A DNA stretch of 6,059 nt, taken from positions 1 to 6,059 of IMG/VR virus record IMGVR_UViG_3300020030_000067, one strand, 5' to 3'. The notes below the pieces were generated by a model. That model was not told where the DNA came from. It searched no databases and saw only the letters and a program-made list of their open reading frames with translations. The DNA is from a virus. Within the stretch, counting starts at the first letter, position 1; each line of letters opens with the position of its first letter. Positions 4,950 through 6,059 of this stretch are shown in pieces. The translations under genes were made by a program, and so were the position numbers.

Positions 4950-6020
4950 TTAAATATTTAGTTGAAGTTTATAGTGATCTTCCCAAAACTGAAAGACATC
5001 CAAATCCAGCCACGTTGGAGGATCAAAGTTGGGCATTTTCCGAGAAGAGGCGGAAAAACGCATCATTTGCTTTTGTTCCCAAGTATAAGACGCTCTACGG
5101 GATACGGAGGAATTGAGATTGAACCGTTCAACACACAGAGACACAATACGCTTAACCAAAGAAGACTCGCTAAAACGTGAATAAGCATCAGCAGAGGCAA
5201 CCGAACGGGCAACATCGTCTTCCGGTTTAAGGTATTTAAGGTAATATCGAGGAATCGAGTAGTTATAATTGATACGCTTCTCAAAATCAAAATAAGACCA
5301 CGTCGAAGTGCGAACAGAAGGAGGAGGCATATAACCAAGAAAATCACCAACGCCAGCAGATACGAATTTTCGCGTATAACGGCGATGTTGGAGGAGGCAA
5401 GATAAAGATATAGACTTTCCATCTAAAATAACATTTTGATCAGATATTTCTATAGGGTCAAAATAAATTTGCTTAGTGACATATTTAACAACGTATCGCG
5501 CGCGTTTATGCGTGCCCTTTGCAAGCCAAACGAAGCCTAAATCACGGACAGCCGACCGGATCTCGTTATAAAGGCAGTTAGTCCCGAAAAGAAAGCCGTG
5601 AAAGTGAAGACGCGGCGCCGATCCTGTTTCTGGATGGGTGCCAAACTCCTGGAAAAAGGCATGTTTGAAGGAGTGCCCAATCTTGTGACGGATGCGTTCA
5701 TTCCACCGCCGGATGAATCTGGAGGGGTCTCGCAACGCTTCGTCATAATACTTAGGGGATATAGTTATTGTGATAAAAATCGCCTGTTGAGATTCAGCCT
5801 TACAACGAGCGAGTTCTCGCTCCAACCGGACGAACCAATCATTACGTTGGCGTCGAAGGCACTCCTCACACTTTCCGCAGGGGACCATAAGCCACTGGCG
5901 GGCAATGTCCCAGGGACGGAGAGCTAAAGCAGACTTCGCGACATCAGAACCATTGCGGCAAGGGTTTTTCTTGTCGAAATAGCGACGGTTACGTATCCAT
6001 ATGGGTGACGAACAAGGCAT
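4950..6020 (-). CDS. VP4: Rolling-circle replication initiator (VP4, protein A-like HUH endonuclease), 356 aa
   Basis: N-terminal Cys cluster PCGKCEECLRRQRNDW. RCR motif 1-like FITITI. HUH motif LHFHGFLF (H139/H141, nt 5598..5606). Two-tyrosine catalytic motif YVVKYVTK (Y176/Y180, nt 5481..5495), matching the phiX174 gpA-type YxxKY arrangement. Confidence 0.93.
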   Translation of the reverse strand: MPCSSPIWIRNRRYFDKKNPCRNGSDVAKSALALRPWDIARQWLMVPCGKCEECLRRQRNDWFVRLERELARCKAESQQAIFITITISPKYYDEALRDPSRFIRRWNERIRHKIGHSFKHAFFQEFGTHPETGSAPRLHFHGFLFGTNCLYNEIRSAVRDLGFVWLAKGTHKRARYVVKYVTKQIYFDPIEISDQNVILDGKSISLSCLLQHRRYTRKFVSAGVGDFLGYMPPPSVRTSTWSYFDFEKRINYNYSIPRYYLKYLKPEDDVARSVASADAYSRFSESSLVKRIVSLCVERFNLNSSVSRRASYTWEQKQMMRFSASSRKMPNFDPPTWLDLDVFQFWEDHYKLQLNI

Positions 6021-6059
6021 TAGAGGAAGCTTCTAAGACAATCAAACTTGATAGCAGGA
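5939..6059. repeat. Terminal redundancy copy 2 (circular-genome overlap)
   Basis: Identical to 1..121. Joining the two copies closes a 5,938-nt circle in which the 66-aa ORF lies immediately upstream of Rep. Confidence 0.96.

Noticed and set aside
1-6059. Search for tRNA, rRNA, CRISPR arrays, DGR components or an integrase
   Set aside because: There are no spaced repeat arrays, no cloverleaf-like GC-rich 70-90-nt segments outside the hairpins described, and no reverse-transcriptase or recombinase-like ORF. The genome is fully accounted for by eight ORFs and three spacers.

Overview
The window is one complete circular ssDNA phage genome of the family Microviridae, of the non-phiX (gokushovirus/alpavirus-like) type. 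It has been linearised with a 121-nt assembly overlap. Positions 1..121 are identical to 5939..6059, so the unit genome is 5,938 nt. All credible genes are on the - strand, so the given strand is the complement of the coding, and presumably packaged, strand. Gene order in the direction of transcription is as follows. Rep/VP4 (6020->4950). Major capsid VP1 (4946->3150). A 98-aa acidic protein (3137->2841). A 134-nt spacer containing a long hairpin followed by a T-run. A 63-aa predicted lipoprotein or TM protein (2706->2515). Pilot/minor capsid VP2 (2513->1266). An 86-nt spacer. A 105-aa basic ORF (1179->862). A 107-aa ORF (850->527). A roughly 244-nt structured non-coding region. A 66-aa ORF (282->82) whose stop overlaps the Rep start as TAATG across the circle junction. 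The three hallmark proteins are recognisable from motifs. The five small ORFs match no family I can recognise by eye. No tRNA, rRNA, CRISPR array, integrase or transposase is visible. The items most worth follow-up are: (1) the small lipobox protein as a candidate lysis or exclusion factor; (2) the self-contained two-gene cassette between VP2 and Rep; (3) a 119-codon two-TM ORF overprinted in the +1 frame of Rep; (4) the structured non-coding regions as candidate origins or terminators. No start codon has a Shine-Dalgarno motif, and there is one TAnnTTTG motif, which together suggest a Bacteroidota host.
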